Shown piece after piece: positions 45,701 through 57,837 of a DNA stretch of 64,000 bases. Source of the DNA: Hemiscyllium ocellatum (taxonomy: Eukaryota); assembly GCF_020745735.1 (NCBI RefSeq), contig NC_083440.1, forward strand, positions 3,126,517 through 3,190,516, written 5' to 3'. The translations under genes and the position numbers were made by a program. The notes under the pieces were generated by a model. The model did not search any database. It was not told the origin of the DNA and saw only the letters and a program-made list of their open reading frames with translations. Positions within the stretch are counted from its first letter, which is position 1. Each line of letters opens with the position of its first letter.

Positions 45701-48700
45701 TGTGTCTGTTTAACATATATGCAAATTAGGATTAGCATATTATTTATAATGTTTATGATAGTATTAATGATTATATTATTTATATATCACACATCACTGC
45801 ATCAGGGTTAAATGTTTATTGTTATATATAATATACAATTATATAGTGTACGTATATATATAATATGTAAATATTATGTTATGGATGAGTATTATATAAT
45901 GTTTATAATGTACACATTATACATCTATACATTACACTGTTATATATCATATATTTATACATTTATATATATACCCCCCTCACAGTCTGTCACTCCCCCC
46001 CCCCACAGTCTGTCACTCCCCCCCCACACAGTCTGTCACTCCCCCCCCCCCCACACAGTCTGTCACTCCCCCCCCTCACAGTCTGTCACTCCCCCCCCTC
46101 ACAGTCTGTCACTCCCCCCCCCCCACACAGTCTGTCACTCCCCCCCCTCACAGTCTGTCACTCCCCCCCTCCCTCACAGTCTGTCACTCCCCCCCCCCCA
46201 CAGTCTGTCACTCCCCCCCCTCACAGTCTGTCACTCCCCCCCCTCACAGTCTGTCACTCCCCCCCTCCCTCACAGTCTGTCACTCCCCCCCCACACAGTC
46301 TGTCACTCCCCCCCCCCACACAGTCTGTCACTCCCCCCCCTCACAGTCTGTCACTCCCCCCCTCACAGTCTGTCACTCCCCCCCTCCCTCACAGTCTGTC
46401 ACTCCCCCCCCCACAGTCTGTCATTCCCCCCCCTCACAGTCTGTCACTCCCCCCCTCCCTCACAGTCTGTCACTCCCCCCCCTCACAGTCTGTCACTCCC
46501 CCCCCTCACAGTCTGTCACTCCCCCCCCTTCACAGTCTGTCACTCCCCCCCTCACAGTCTGTCACTCCCCCCCCCACACAGTCTGTCACTCCCCCCCTCA
46601 CAGTCTGTCACTCCCCCCCCACACAGTCTGTCACTCCCCCCCCTCACAGTCTGTCACTCCCCCCCTCACAGTCTGTCACTCCCCCCCCTCACAGTCTGTC
46701 ACTCCCCCCCCACAGGCTGTCACTCCCCCCCCCACACAGTCTGTCACTCCCCCCCCACACAGTTTGTCACTCCCCCCCCACACAGTCTGTCACTCCCCCC
46801 CCACACAGTCTGTCACTCCCCCCCCTCACAGTCTGTCACTCCCCCCCCTCACAGTCTGTCACTCCCCCCCCTCACAGTCTGTCACTCCCCCCCCCTTCAC
46901 AGTCTGTCACTCCCCCCCTCACAGTCTGTCACTCCCCCCCCTCACAGTCTGTCACTCCCCCCCCTCACAGTCTGTCACTCCCCCCCCTCACAGTCTGTCA
47001 CTCCCCCCCTTCACAGTCTGTCACTCCCCCCCCCAACAGTCTGTCATTCCCCCCCCTTCACAGTCTGTCACTCCCCCCCCCAACAGTCTGTCACTCCCCC
47101 CCCTCACAGTCTGTCACTCCCCCCCCTCACAGTCTGTCACTCCCCCCCTCACAGTCTGTCACTCCCTCCCCCTCACAGTCTTTCCCCTTCCCACCCAACC
47201 CCCACTTCACAGTCTGTCACCTTCTCCCCACCCCCTCGTGGTCAGTCGGGTTCTGCCCCCTCCCCCGCCCTCTGTAATGAATCCTGTCTCCCCTTCACAT
47301 TCGGAACGCAGCCTCTGTCTGTCCGTCCCTCATTCCCCTCCCCCCCCCCTCCTCCGCTGCGACCCTTGCTCCTCCTCTGCTGGTCTCGGCAGCCCCCTCG
47401 GCTTCCTGTCCTTGTCTTGGGACCCCCCTCTGCGCGTGTGTAACGTGACGCCCCTCCCTGCCCTCTCTTATTGTTTTCCCTTTCTGCCCCTAGACCCTGC
47501 TGCAGTACTGGCAAGTCGCGATGGACAGCGCCAAGGTCATGGTCAGTGGGCTGGCTGAGTTGTGCTCGGATTTGCTGGATGCTTTGGGGATTAAAGGTTA
47601 GTGACCCTCACTAGCACCAGGGGGTGGGGGAGTGGAGGGGGGGGGGAATTGGGGAGGTGGGGTACGGGCAGTGTGAGGGACATTCTCTTCAGCAGGCCCC
47701 CACCGGGAGTGAGATTGAGACGGGGGGACATCTCCGCACAGAGACAACTTAAGCTTCAGGCTGATCGTTCAAGGAGGGAGGGTGAGATTGAGGAAGGGGT
47801 GGGATGGTGTCTCAGTGGTTGGCACCGCTGCCCTCCAGTGCCAGGTTCGGTCCCACCCTTGGTGAGAGGGAGGGGCGGCTGTCTGTGTGGAGTTTGCACA
47901 TTCTCCCCGTGTCTGCGCAGGGTTTCCTCCCACAATCCAAACATGTCCAGGTTATGGTGGGTTTGGCCATGGGAAATGGTCCCATAGTGCCCAGGGATGT
48001 GCAGGTTAGGGTGGATTGGCCATGGGAAATTGTCCCATAGTGCCCAGGGATGTGTAGGTTAGGGTGGATTGGCCATGGGAAATTGTCCCATAGTGTCCCA
48101 GGGATGTGTAGGTTAGGGTGGGATTGGCCATGGGAAATTGTCCCATAGTGCCCAGGGATGTGCAGGTTAGGGTGGATTGGCCATGGGAAATTGTCCCATA
48201 GTGCCCAGGGATGTGCAGGTTAGGGTGGATTGGCCATGGGAAATTGTCCCATAGTGCCCAGGGATGTGTAGGTTAGGGTGGGATTGGCCATGGGAAATTG
48301 TCCCATAGTGCCCAGGGATGTGCAGGTTAGGGTGGGATTGGCCATGGGAAATTGTCCCATAGTGCCCAGGGATGTGCAGGTTAGGGTGGGATTGGCCATG
48401 GGAAATTGTCCCATAGTGCCCAGGGATGTGCAGGTTAGGGTGGGATTGGCCATGGGAAATTGTCCCATAGTGCCCAGGGATGTCCAGGTTAGGGTGGGAT
48501 TAGTCCGGAGTGATCAGTTTGGGGAATAGCTCTGGGTGGGTTATTCTGCTGAGGGTCAGAGTGGCAGGTCAGAACCGCGGCGATGCTGACCCCCGGGGTG
48601 GCCAAGATCTGGCCGAGCGGGAGAGAAGGTTCGAGGGGGCAGAATGGCGCACGTCTGGAGCGTTCCTCCCTCCCACCCTTCCACGGTCACTCTCTGTGCC

Positions 48701-51700
48701 CCCACCCACTCCCCGGTGATGGGTGGTGACCCCTGCAGTACTGCCTCGCACCACCATGCGGCAGCGTCGCTCCACCGTCCAGCAGAGGCACAGCCCAGAA
48801 CCAGACCCCACTCTCTGCTGGGGGAGGGGTGTCAGCGTTTGATGCGGGGTGGGTAGGGCAGCAGCGTGCATCGTCTGGCGTCCCACCTCCCTGCTGTCCA
48901 CCCCCGGCCTTCCTGAAAGTCATGTATGAAACCCCTCCATGGCTCCTGATGGGGTGAGGCACTGTTGGGGCCCTGAGGTGGGGGATGGAGGGTCTCAGAC
49001 ACAGCTCAGAGCGGCTGGTTTTTGGGGAAGTCTCTCTCCCAGGAACGTGGAGGGCGAGGAGGGCAGTCAGGGATTTCCACTGAGTTAGACCCAGGCAACT
49101 GGGAACCCACTCACCTAGACTGAAGGCAGAGAGACATACAGCACGGAAACAGGCCCTTCGGCCCAACCCGTCCATGCTGTCCCAGATATCCTAACCTAAT
49201 CTAGCCCCATGTGCCAGCACTTGGCCCATCTCCCTCTAAACCCTTCCTATTCATGTCCCCATCCACCTTTTAAATGCTGTCATTGTACCAGCCCCCACCA
49301 CTTCCTCTGGCAGCTCATTCCATACACATACCACCCTCTGGGTGAAAACGTTACCCCTTAGGTCCCTTTCCCCTCTCACCCTAAACCTATGCCCCTCTAG
49401 TTCTGGACTCCCCCACCCCAGGGGGAAAAGACTTTGCCTATTTACCCTATCCATGCCCCTCATGGTTTTATAAACCTCTATATGGTCACCCCTCAGCCCC
49501 CGACGCTCCAGGGAAAACAGCCCCAGCCTGTTCAGCCTCTCCCTGTAGCTCAGACCCTCCAACCCTGGCAACATCCTTGTAAATCTTTTCTGAACCCTTT
49601 CAAGTTTCACAACATCTTTCCGATAGGAAGGAGACCAGAATTGTACACAATATTCCAACAGTGGCCTAACCAATGTCCTGTACAGCCGCAACATGACCCT
49701 CCCAATTCCTGTACTCAATACTCTGACCAATAAAGGAAAGCATACCAAACGCTGCCTTCACTATCCTATCTACCTGCGACTCCACTTTCAAGGAACTATG
49801 AACCTGCACTCCAAGGTCTCTTTGTTCAGCAACACTCCCCAGGACCTTACCATGAAGTGTATAAGTCCTGCTAAGATTTGCTTTCCCAAAATGCAGCACC
49901 TCACATTTATCTGAATTAAACTCCATCTGCCCCTTCTCAGCCCATTGGCCCATCTGGTCCAGATCCTGTTGTAATCTGAGGGAACCCTCTTCGCTGTCCA
50001 CTACACCCTCCAATTTTGGGGTCATCTGCAAACTTACTAACTGTACCCCTAATGCTCGCATCCAAATCATTTATGGAAATGACAAAAAGTAGAGGACCCA
50101 GCACCGATCCTTGTGGCACTCCCCTGGTCACAGGCCTCCAGTCTGAAAAACAACCCTCCACCACCACCCTCTGTCTTCTACCTTTGAGCCAGTTCTGTGT
50201 GTTTGTTATTTTTTTCTCTCTTTTTTTGCACGCACCCCAATTTACAGGAATGTGTAAATGTTGAGCAGCAGTGATGGTGAGCTGTGCAGTTTCACAGCTG
50301 GGTCAGACAGCAGTGCAGGTTCATTTCTCACTTGGATTCCCTTCCCCATGTGGGCCCTGACCTTCCTCCTTTTTAACGTTCTGTCGTTTTGCTCTTGTAT
50401 TTTTTTTCCACCCACCCCCCACCCTCAACCTCAAAGTTCCAAAACAATGCAACGACTTATTCAAGAAGGTAACTACTGCTCCGAGAACTCAAGGGTATTA
50501 ACCACAAGAAAGCAAATAGCTCACAAAAGGGAGCGGCGTTTCCAGCCACCACTGCTTCCCGTCCTCGTTGGGTTTCCGAGAATCCTGGGTTTCCTTTCTC
50601 TCTGCATTGTGTCGAGTGACCGACCATTCCCCAGTCACTGCAACGCTCCCTGTATCCAGAATATCTTTGCTCCCCACTCACTGGTTTGAGAACATCCTTC
50701 CTTACGGTGGATTGGCCATGCTAAATTACCCATAGTGCCCAGGGATGTGCAGGTTAGGGTGCATTGGCCGTGGGAAATTGTCCCATAGTGCCCAGGGATG
50801 TGCAGGTTAGGGTGGGATTGGCCATGGGAAATTGTCCCATAGTGTCCAGGGATGTGCAGGTTAGGGTGAATTGGCCATGGGAAATTGTCCCATAGTGCCC
50901 AGGGATGTACAGGTTAGGGTGGATTGGCCATGGGAAATTGTCCCATAGTGCCCAGGGATGTGTAGGTTAGGGTGGATTGGCCATGGGAAATTGTCCCATA
51001 GTGCCCAGGGATGTACAGGTTAGGGTGGGTTGGCCATGGGAAATTGTCCCATAGTGCCCAGGGATGTGCAGGTTAGGGTGGATTGGCCATGGGAAATTGT
51101 CCCATAGTGCCCAGGGATGTGCAGGTTAGGGTGGATTGGCCATGGGAAATTGTCCTATAGTGCCCAGGGATGTGCAGGTTAGGGTGGATTGGCCATGGGA
51201 AATTGTCCCATAGTGCCCAGGGATGTGTAGGTTAGGGTGGATTGGCCATGGGAAATTGTCCCATAGTGCCCAGGGATGTACAGGTTAGGGTGGGTTGGCC
51301 ATGGGAAATTGTCCCATAGTGCCCAGGGATGTGCAGGTTAGGGTGGGTTGGCCATGGGAAATTGTCCCATAGTGCCCAGGGATGTGCAGGTTAGGGTGGA
51401 TTGGCCATGGGAAATTGTCCCATAGTGCCCAGGGATGTGCAGGTTAGGGTGGGTTGGCCATGGGAAATTGTCCCATAGTGCCCAGGGATGTGCAGGTTAG
51501 GGTGGATTGGCCATGGGGAATTGTCCCATAGTGCCCAGGGATGTGCAGGTTAGGGTGTATTGGCCATGGGGAATTGTCCCATAGTGCCCAGGGATGTGCA
51601 GGTTAGGGTGGGTTGGCCATGGGAAATTGTCCCATAGTGTCCCAGGGATGTGCAGGTTAGGGTGGGATTGGCCATGGGGAATTGTCCCATAGTGCCCAGG

Positions 51701-53566
51701 GATGTGCAGGTTAGGGTGGATTGGCCATGGGAAATTGTCCCATAGTGTCCAGGGATGTGCAGGTTAGGGTGGGTTGGCCATGGGGAATTGTCCCATAGTG
51801 CCCAGAGATGTGCAGGTTAGGGTGGATTGGCCATGGGAAATTGTCCCATAGTGCCCAGGGATGTGCAGGTTAGGGTGGATTGGCCATGGGAAATTGTCCC
51901 CTAGTGCCCAGGGATGTGCAGGTTAGGGTGGATTGGCCATGGGAAATTGTCCCATAGTGCCCAGGGATGTGCAGGTTAGGGTGGGATTGGCCATGGGAAA
52001 TTGTCCCATAGTGCCCAGGGATGTGCAGGTTAGGGTGGATTGGCCATGGGAAATTGTCCCATAGTGCCCAGGGATGTGCAGGTTAGGGTGGGATTGGCCA
52101 TGGGAAATTGTCCCATAGTGCCCAGGGATGTGCAGGTTAGGGTGGATTGGCCATATGGAATTGTCCCATAGTGTCCAGGGATGTGCAGGTTAGGGTGGGT
52201 TCGCCATGGGAAATTGTCCCATAGTGCCCAGGGATGTGCAGGTTAGGGTGGGTTGGCCATGGGAAATTGTCCCATAGTGTCCCAGGGATGTGCAGGTTAG
52301 GGTGGGATTGGCCATGGGGAATTGTCCCATAGTGCCCAGGGATGTGCAGGTTAGGGTGGATTGGCCATGGGAAATTGTCCCATAGTGTCCAGGGATGTGT
52401 AGGTTAGGGTGGGTTGGCCATGGGAAATTGTCCCCTAGTGCCCAGGGATGTGCAGGTTAGGGTGGATTGGCCATGGGAAATTGTCCCATAGTGCCCAGGG
52501 ATGTGCAGGTTAGGGTGGATTGGCCATGGGAAATTGTCCCCTAGTGCCCAGGGATGTGCAGGTTAGGGTGGATTGGCCATGGGAAATTGTCCCATAGTGC
52601 CCAGGGATGTGCAGGTTAGGGTGGGATTGGCCATGGGAAATTGTCCCATAGTGCCCAGGGATGTGCAGGTTAGGGTGGATTGGCCATGGGGAATTGTCCC
52701 ATAGTGTCCAGGGATGTGCAGGTTAGGGTGGGTTCGCCATGGGAAATTGTCCCATAGTGCCCAGGGATGTGCAGGTTAGGGTGGGATTGGCCATGGGGAA
52801 TTGTCCCATAGTGCCCAGGGATGTGCAGGTTAGGGTGGATTGGCCATGGGGAATTGTCCCATAGTGCCCAGCGATGTGCAGGTTAGGGTGGGATTGGCCA
52901 TGGGGAATTGTCCCATAGTGCCCAGGGATGTGCAGGTTAGGGTGGGATTGGCCATGGGAAATTGTCCCATAGTGCCCAGGGATGTGCAGGTTAGGGTGGG
53001 ATTGGAAGGTTGGGACTGGGATAAGGATCTGGAACATTCCTGATGAAGAGCTCCTGCTGAATCTCTGAGACAGCCTGATCCTTTCCTGCGCCATGTTTAT
53101 CAACCCGCCCTGAGGTTCCTGCCACGGTCCTAACCCTCGCTTTGCCTCTTCTCTGCCTCCTCCCCCCCCTGTAGGTGAGGAGCTGGGGACGGACCGGGAG
53201 ACACTGCGGCGTGCCCTGAGCCTGGGCCTGGCCGGCCTGCTGCTCTACCTGGCGCTCTCGGCCGCCCTGCGGCTGCTGGGCTACCTGGTCGGGCGGCTCC
53301 TCTGGCTGGTCAAGCTGGCCCTGCTCTTCCTGGCCGCCGGCTACGTGGTGGTCACTTGCGAGGACGAGGGCCGGAGGAACGCCCTGCTGCTGGGCCTGGG
53401 TGCGGCCTACCTCCTGCTGGGCCACCTCTCCCTCCCGTTCGGCGGCGGCAGCGGGTGCTGCTCCTCGGACCGGCACGTCCTGGAGAGCAAGGTCTCTGCC
53501 CTGGAACACCAGCTGGCCGAGGTAGAATACCGGCTTCACCAGAGCAAGCTGCGGGACTACGACTAG
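45406..53566 (+). CDS. TMEM109: Transmembrane protein 109-like (mitsugumin-23/BRI3BP family), 3 exons, 215 aa
   Basis: Exons 45406-45558, 47494-47596 and 53175-53566 (phases 0,1; 648 nt). Signal peptide present. [33 protein letters not shown] and [12 protein letters not shown] match TMEM109 motifs as I recall them (LLNALGLAG, LLGRILWGLKLVIF, TRALLLLAL, LEAKVRGLERQV). The BRI3BP paralog is not fully excluded. Confidence 0.85.
45715..45975. repeat. AT-rich low-complexity tract
   Basis: (TA)-rich block directly after the CpG island. Confidence 0.85.
45975..47225. repeat. Minisatellite of about 21-26 bp, CACAGTCTGTCACT(C)n
   Basis: Direct tandem repeat with a variable C-run. Confidence 0.95.
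47494..47596 (+). CDS. TMEM109: TMEM109-like exon 2
   Basis: Polypyrimidine + TAG; TLLQYWQ...LLDALGIK; G|GTTAGT. Confidence 0.88.
47797..48555 (+). mobile_element. V-domain SINE with about 10 internal 53/54-bp units
   Basis: Head at 47797-47945, array to about 48500. Confidence 0.9.
49128..50197 (-). mobile_element. CR1 subfamily A fragment (RT to tail)
   Basis: [16 protein letters not shown], and ORF 49251-49748. Confidence 0.93.
50706..53005 (+). repeat. Headless array of about 43 SINE-derived 53-bp units
   Basis: Same unit. The first copy keeps the ancestral CCATGCTAAATT. Confidence 0.95.
53175..53566 (+). CDS. TMEM109: TMEM109-like exon 3 (TM helices + C-terminal coiled coil)
   Basis: TAG acceptor at 53172-53174, hydrophobic helices, stop TAG at 53564-53566. 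Confidence 0.92.
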
Positions 53567-54061
53567 CAAGGGGGCGGCCCAGGCAGACGAAACCTTCACC
53601 AAACCTCACCCCCTCCCTTCCCTCCCCAACGAAGGGGGAGCCATAAACACTGGGAAAAGCCTTCTCCCGATAACTCTCAGGCGTCACTCCGGTTCCAGGT
53701 CACCCGTGGCGAACGTTGCTTTAACATCCTTTAATCGGGCCCACTTCAGGACCATTCGCAAGAATGCCAAATTTCAGATGCTGACAGCCACGGAGAGAGA
53801 ACGGTGCTGATTGGCTGGCAAGTTAGCATCGACTTGGACGAAATGTCGAACTCTAAGTAAACCTGTTGCCTTACGTTTACCGTCTTATCTACCCCTCCCC
53901 AACCCCCCCCATCCCCAATCACTGCTGACAGAGTAGCAGTGCAAACACAACTCACAATGAGTCCCCCCTGTTTGTCGCCTGTTGGACACCCCCCTCCCAT
54001 TGTCCCTCGTTTCTGAAACTGTTCTTTCTCATTTTTAGACCAATGTTTGAAATTACTGACG

Positions 54062-54067
54062 AATAAA
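54062..54067 (+). terminator. Polyadenylation signal of the TMEM109-like gene
   Basis: AATAAA about 500 nt after the stop, followed by a GT/T-rich element. Confidence 0.7.
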
Positions 54068-54179
54068 ATGGTCCTGTCTTTGTATGTCTCCGCCTCCGCC
54101 TCCGGTCAAAGGTCAAATGTCAAAGAGGCACCTCATCGCCATGTCGGACAGAGCGAAACGTGAGGCTGACATCACTGAT

Positions 54180-55725
54180 CACTCCCACCCCCCCACACTC
54201 TCACCCCCCCACTCTCTCTCCCCCACACTCTCTCACCCCCACACTCTCTCACCCCCACACTCTCTCACCCCCACACTCTCTCACCCCCCCCACACTCTCT
54301 CACCCCCCACACTCTCTCACCCCCACACTCTCTCACCCCCACACTCTCTCACCCCCACACTCTCTCACCCCCACACACTCTCACCCCCACACACTCTCAC
54401 CCCCACACTCTCTCACCCCCACACTCTCTCACCCCCACACTCTCTCACCCCCCCACTCTCTCACCCCCACACTCTCTCACCCCCACACTCTCTCACCCCC
54501 ACACTCACTCACCCCCACACACTCTCACCCCCACACACTCTCACCCCCACACACTCTCACCCCCACACTCTCTCACCCCCACACTCTCTCACCCCCACAC
54601 TCTCACCCCCACACTCTCACCCCCACACACTCACATCCCCCCACACACTCACCCCCAAACCACTCTCCCCCCCAAACCACTCTCCCCCCCAAACCACTCT
54701 CCCCCCCCCAACCACTCTCCCCCCCCCCACCACTCTCCCCCCCAAACACTCTCCCCCCCAAACACTCTCCCCCCCAAACCACTCTCCCCCCCAAACACTC
54801 TCCCCCCCAAACACTCTCCCCCCCAAACACTCTCCCCCCCCAAACACTCTCCCCCCCCAAACACTCTCCCCCCCCAAACACTCTCCCCCCCCAAACACTC
54901 GCCCCCCCACACTCGCCCCCCCCAACACCCTCACACACGCACCCAAGCCTATGTCCACACCGACACACATGCCCGCACCCACACACTCATGCCCACACAC
55001 ACGCACCCATGCCTATACCCACACATTTGCCCACACCTACACGCACCCACGCCAACACCCACACATACATCCACATCACACACTTACCTCCGCACATGCC
55101 CCCACACTCAACCATGCACAACCGCCCACACCGACACACATACCCACACCCACAAACACATGCCTACACACACCACACACAGCCACACACACACACAAAA
55201 CCACATGCACACACACACGCCTCCACCAACACACACTCACGCCCACACAAAAATACACACCCTCACACATCCACACCCACGCACACATGTCCCCACCCAG
55301 TCGCCCATACACATGCACGCTAACACTCTCTCATGCTCAGTCATACCCACACACCCATCTACACCCACACACACGCACCCACAAACACTCAGTCACTCCC
55401 ACACTCACCCAGGCACACGCACACATGCCCACACTTACGGACACATGCCCACTCCCACACGCACACATCCCAACACGCACACATCCCAACACGCACACCC
55501 ACATACACACGTCCACGTGCACACATTCACACTCTCACATGTGCATGCACACCCATGCACACACGTCCATGCACCTACACCCACACCCCCCCCCACTCTC
55601 TCACACCCAGATACTCATATTCACACACGCACTCACATACACACTCAAACTCACACTCACTCTCTCATCCACACACTCGTGCTCACCTGTGCACATTCAC
55701 ACCCGGGCACGCGTTCCCACACACA
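54180..55725. repeat. Compound C/A-rich tandem and low-complexity repeats
   Basis: CTCTCACCCCCACA-type units, then CCCCAAACACTCT units, then degenerate (CA)n. Confidence 0.92.
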
Positions 55726-56504
55726 AACCCGGTACAGTTTATCATCAGTTTGTAAATATTGGAGATAATGCCATCGTGTTACACAGTCCCCCTCAGTCCG
55801 ACTGTTGGATAATGAATAATGGTCGAGCGAGCAGACCCCATCTGAACGGTCCAGCATTTACACTTTTCACTGAGTGCCTGTGAATTGGCTACGTGTAGAT
55901 GAACCTCACTCCTACCCTGGATGCCAACCTGCGGTTGTTTCGGAGACAGTAGTTTTGCCGGGTTGGTGTTTCTCTTTAGCTCGGTATTTCCTCTCGGGCG
56001 GTTTAATCCCTTCGTGACGTCGCCTTCCAGTTTCTCTACTCCTGACTGGTCAGCTTTTGTTTTCCTTACACTTCTGGTTCCTGCAGTTCGGTGGAAGTAT
56101 TTGGGAATGTTTTATTTATCCCCAGCGTGTGTGTGTGTGCGCGCGCGCTGGTGTCGGACACAGTGAGAAACAACAAGTGTGTAAATCTTTATATTCCCAC
56201 CACCAGGAAGATAGGAAAACACCCGAGTGGCCAGTGACTAGCAGTGTCCTTCACATCGAAGGGCAATGCTGTGTGATCAAAACAGCGAAGGGGAGGGCAG
56301 GGCAGAGATTAAATCCAAATAGAGTTGGAGGGGGAAATAACGCGCCCCACTCCCTGCGGCGCCCACCTTTGCTGCAATTCTCCAGGAGGGAACCCCCACC
56401 CCCGGCTCTCTGACTTGTCGTCCTCTGTGACAGCTGCCACTATCCCCACATCAGCAGAACCAATTGCCAGTGAAAACAGGCTGGAAAGCTCATCTGCCAT
56501 TGTC

Positions 56505-56660
56505 ATTGAGTCCTAGAGAGGTCCAGCACGGAAACAGGCCCTTCGGCCCAACCCGTCCATGCTGACCCAGATATCCTGACCTAATCTAGTCCCATTTAGA
56601 GTCAGAGAGATGTACAGCACGGAAACAGACCCTTCGGCCCAACCCGTCCATGCTGTCCCA
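56505..56660 (-). mobile_element. CR1 subfamily A tail, two copies
   Basis: CAGCACGGAAACAG...CCCTTCGGCCCAACCCGTCCATGCTG appears twice. Confidence 0.85.
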
Positions 56661-57245
56661 GAGGGTCAGTACAGAGTGCCCCAGTGACAGAGGGTCAGTA
56701 CAGAGCGCCCCAGTGACAGAGGGTCAGTACAATGTGTCCCAGTGTCAGAGGGTCAGTACAGAGTATCCCAGTGACAGAGGGTCAGTGCAGAGTGTCCCAG
56801 TGTCAGAGGGTCAGTACAGAGTGTCCCAGTGTCAGAGGGTCAGTGCAGAGTATCCCAGTGTCAGAGGGTCAGTGCAGAGTGTCCCAGTGTCAGAGGGTCA
56901 GTGCAGAGTATCCCAGTGACAGAGGGTCAGTACAGAGTATCCCAGTGACAGAGGGTCAGTGCAGAGTATCCCAGTGACAGAGGGTCAGTGCAGAGTGTCC
57001 CAGTGTCAGAGGGTCAGTGCAGAGTATCCCAGTGTCAGAGGGTCAGTGCAGAGTATCCCAGTGTCAGAGGGTCAGTGCAGAGTATCCCAGTGTCAGAGGG
57101 TCAGTGCAGAGTGTCCCAGTGTCAGAGGGTCAGTGCAGAGTGACCCAGTGTCAGAGGGTCAGTACAGTGTGTCCCAGTGTCAGAGGGTCAGGACAGAGTG
57201 TCCCAGAGACAGTGGGTGGTTGCAGAGTGACCCAGTGTCAGAGAG
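56661..57245. repeat. 29-bp minisatellite GAGGGTCAGTGCAGAGTGTCCCAGTGTCA, about 20 copies
   Basis: Direct periodicity of 29 nt. Confidence 0.95.
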
Positions 57246-57519
57246 GCCCAGGATCAGTTGGGATCGCTCCAATGTAGGGAAGTTTTCCTTTTGTCGATTG
57301 CTAGATCCTCCTAATTTGTTTACATTCATGTCACAGCCATTTGGCATGTCCTGCGTCAGACAAGTGTGGGCTTCCTGCAGCAGCTGACCGTGTCTCAGCA
57401 ATCGCCCCCTTGGCATCTTACCCCATCACTGCCTGCTTCCCTTCCCGTGGGGATTTCCTATCTTCCCTTCAAACACGTCATGCAGGATTTATCTCCACCA
57501 CAGCCTGGGAATTCAAGTT

Positions 57520-57726
57520 TCACTTTCTGACGTTCTCTGAAGACGGAAACATTTCCTCATACCCCCTCGGATTTCCGTTGTCAATTTTTGGCAATAATGC
57601 ACCCGTCCAGCCCTGCAGTGGGGAATATCTCCATGGAGATCCCGTCAGGTCTGCGTCAATGCCTTGAATTATTAATACGGATGTGTCAATGACAACTTGC
57701 TCATCAGCATCAACAACGTAACCCAT
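57520..57726 (-). CDS. Candidate terminal exon encoding a cytoplasmic-tail-like peptide (MGYVV...TSVLIIQG...RYSPL...GYEEM...RK*)
   Basis: TGTTTCTTCAG acceptor, 68 open non-repetitive codons, minus-strand AATAAA at 56111-56116. No upstream exon found. Confidence 0.35.
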   Translation of the reverse strand: MGYVVDADEQVVIDTSVLIIQGIDADLTGSPWRYSPLQGWTGALLPKIDNGNPRGYEEMFPSSENVRK

Positions 57727-57837
57727 CTGAAGAAACATCACACCAGAGGTGAGGGTTCTGCTCCGTTTCTCTCCCCCAGCCTGCAGCCAGGCTTGGTATC
57801 AACACACATTAGTCTCAGAACAAGACATTCAGCACCC

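Noticed and set aside
45812-47558. Pro/His/Ser-rich ORFs (also 54084-55883)
   Set aside because: Minisatellite and low-complexity artefacts.
50706-53005. Interstitial telomere or NF-kB site array
   Set aside because: TTAGGG occurs singly per 53 bp, not in tandem. GGGAAATTGTCCC does not fit the 10-bp GGGRNNYYCC spacing.
53036-53075. Hammerhead (also 40896 and 42745-42780)
   Set aside because: CTGA(T/C)GA is present but GAAA/stem II is lost or mutated; these are decayed PLE termini.
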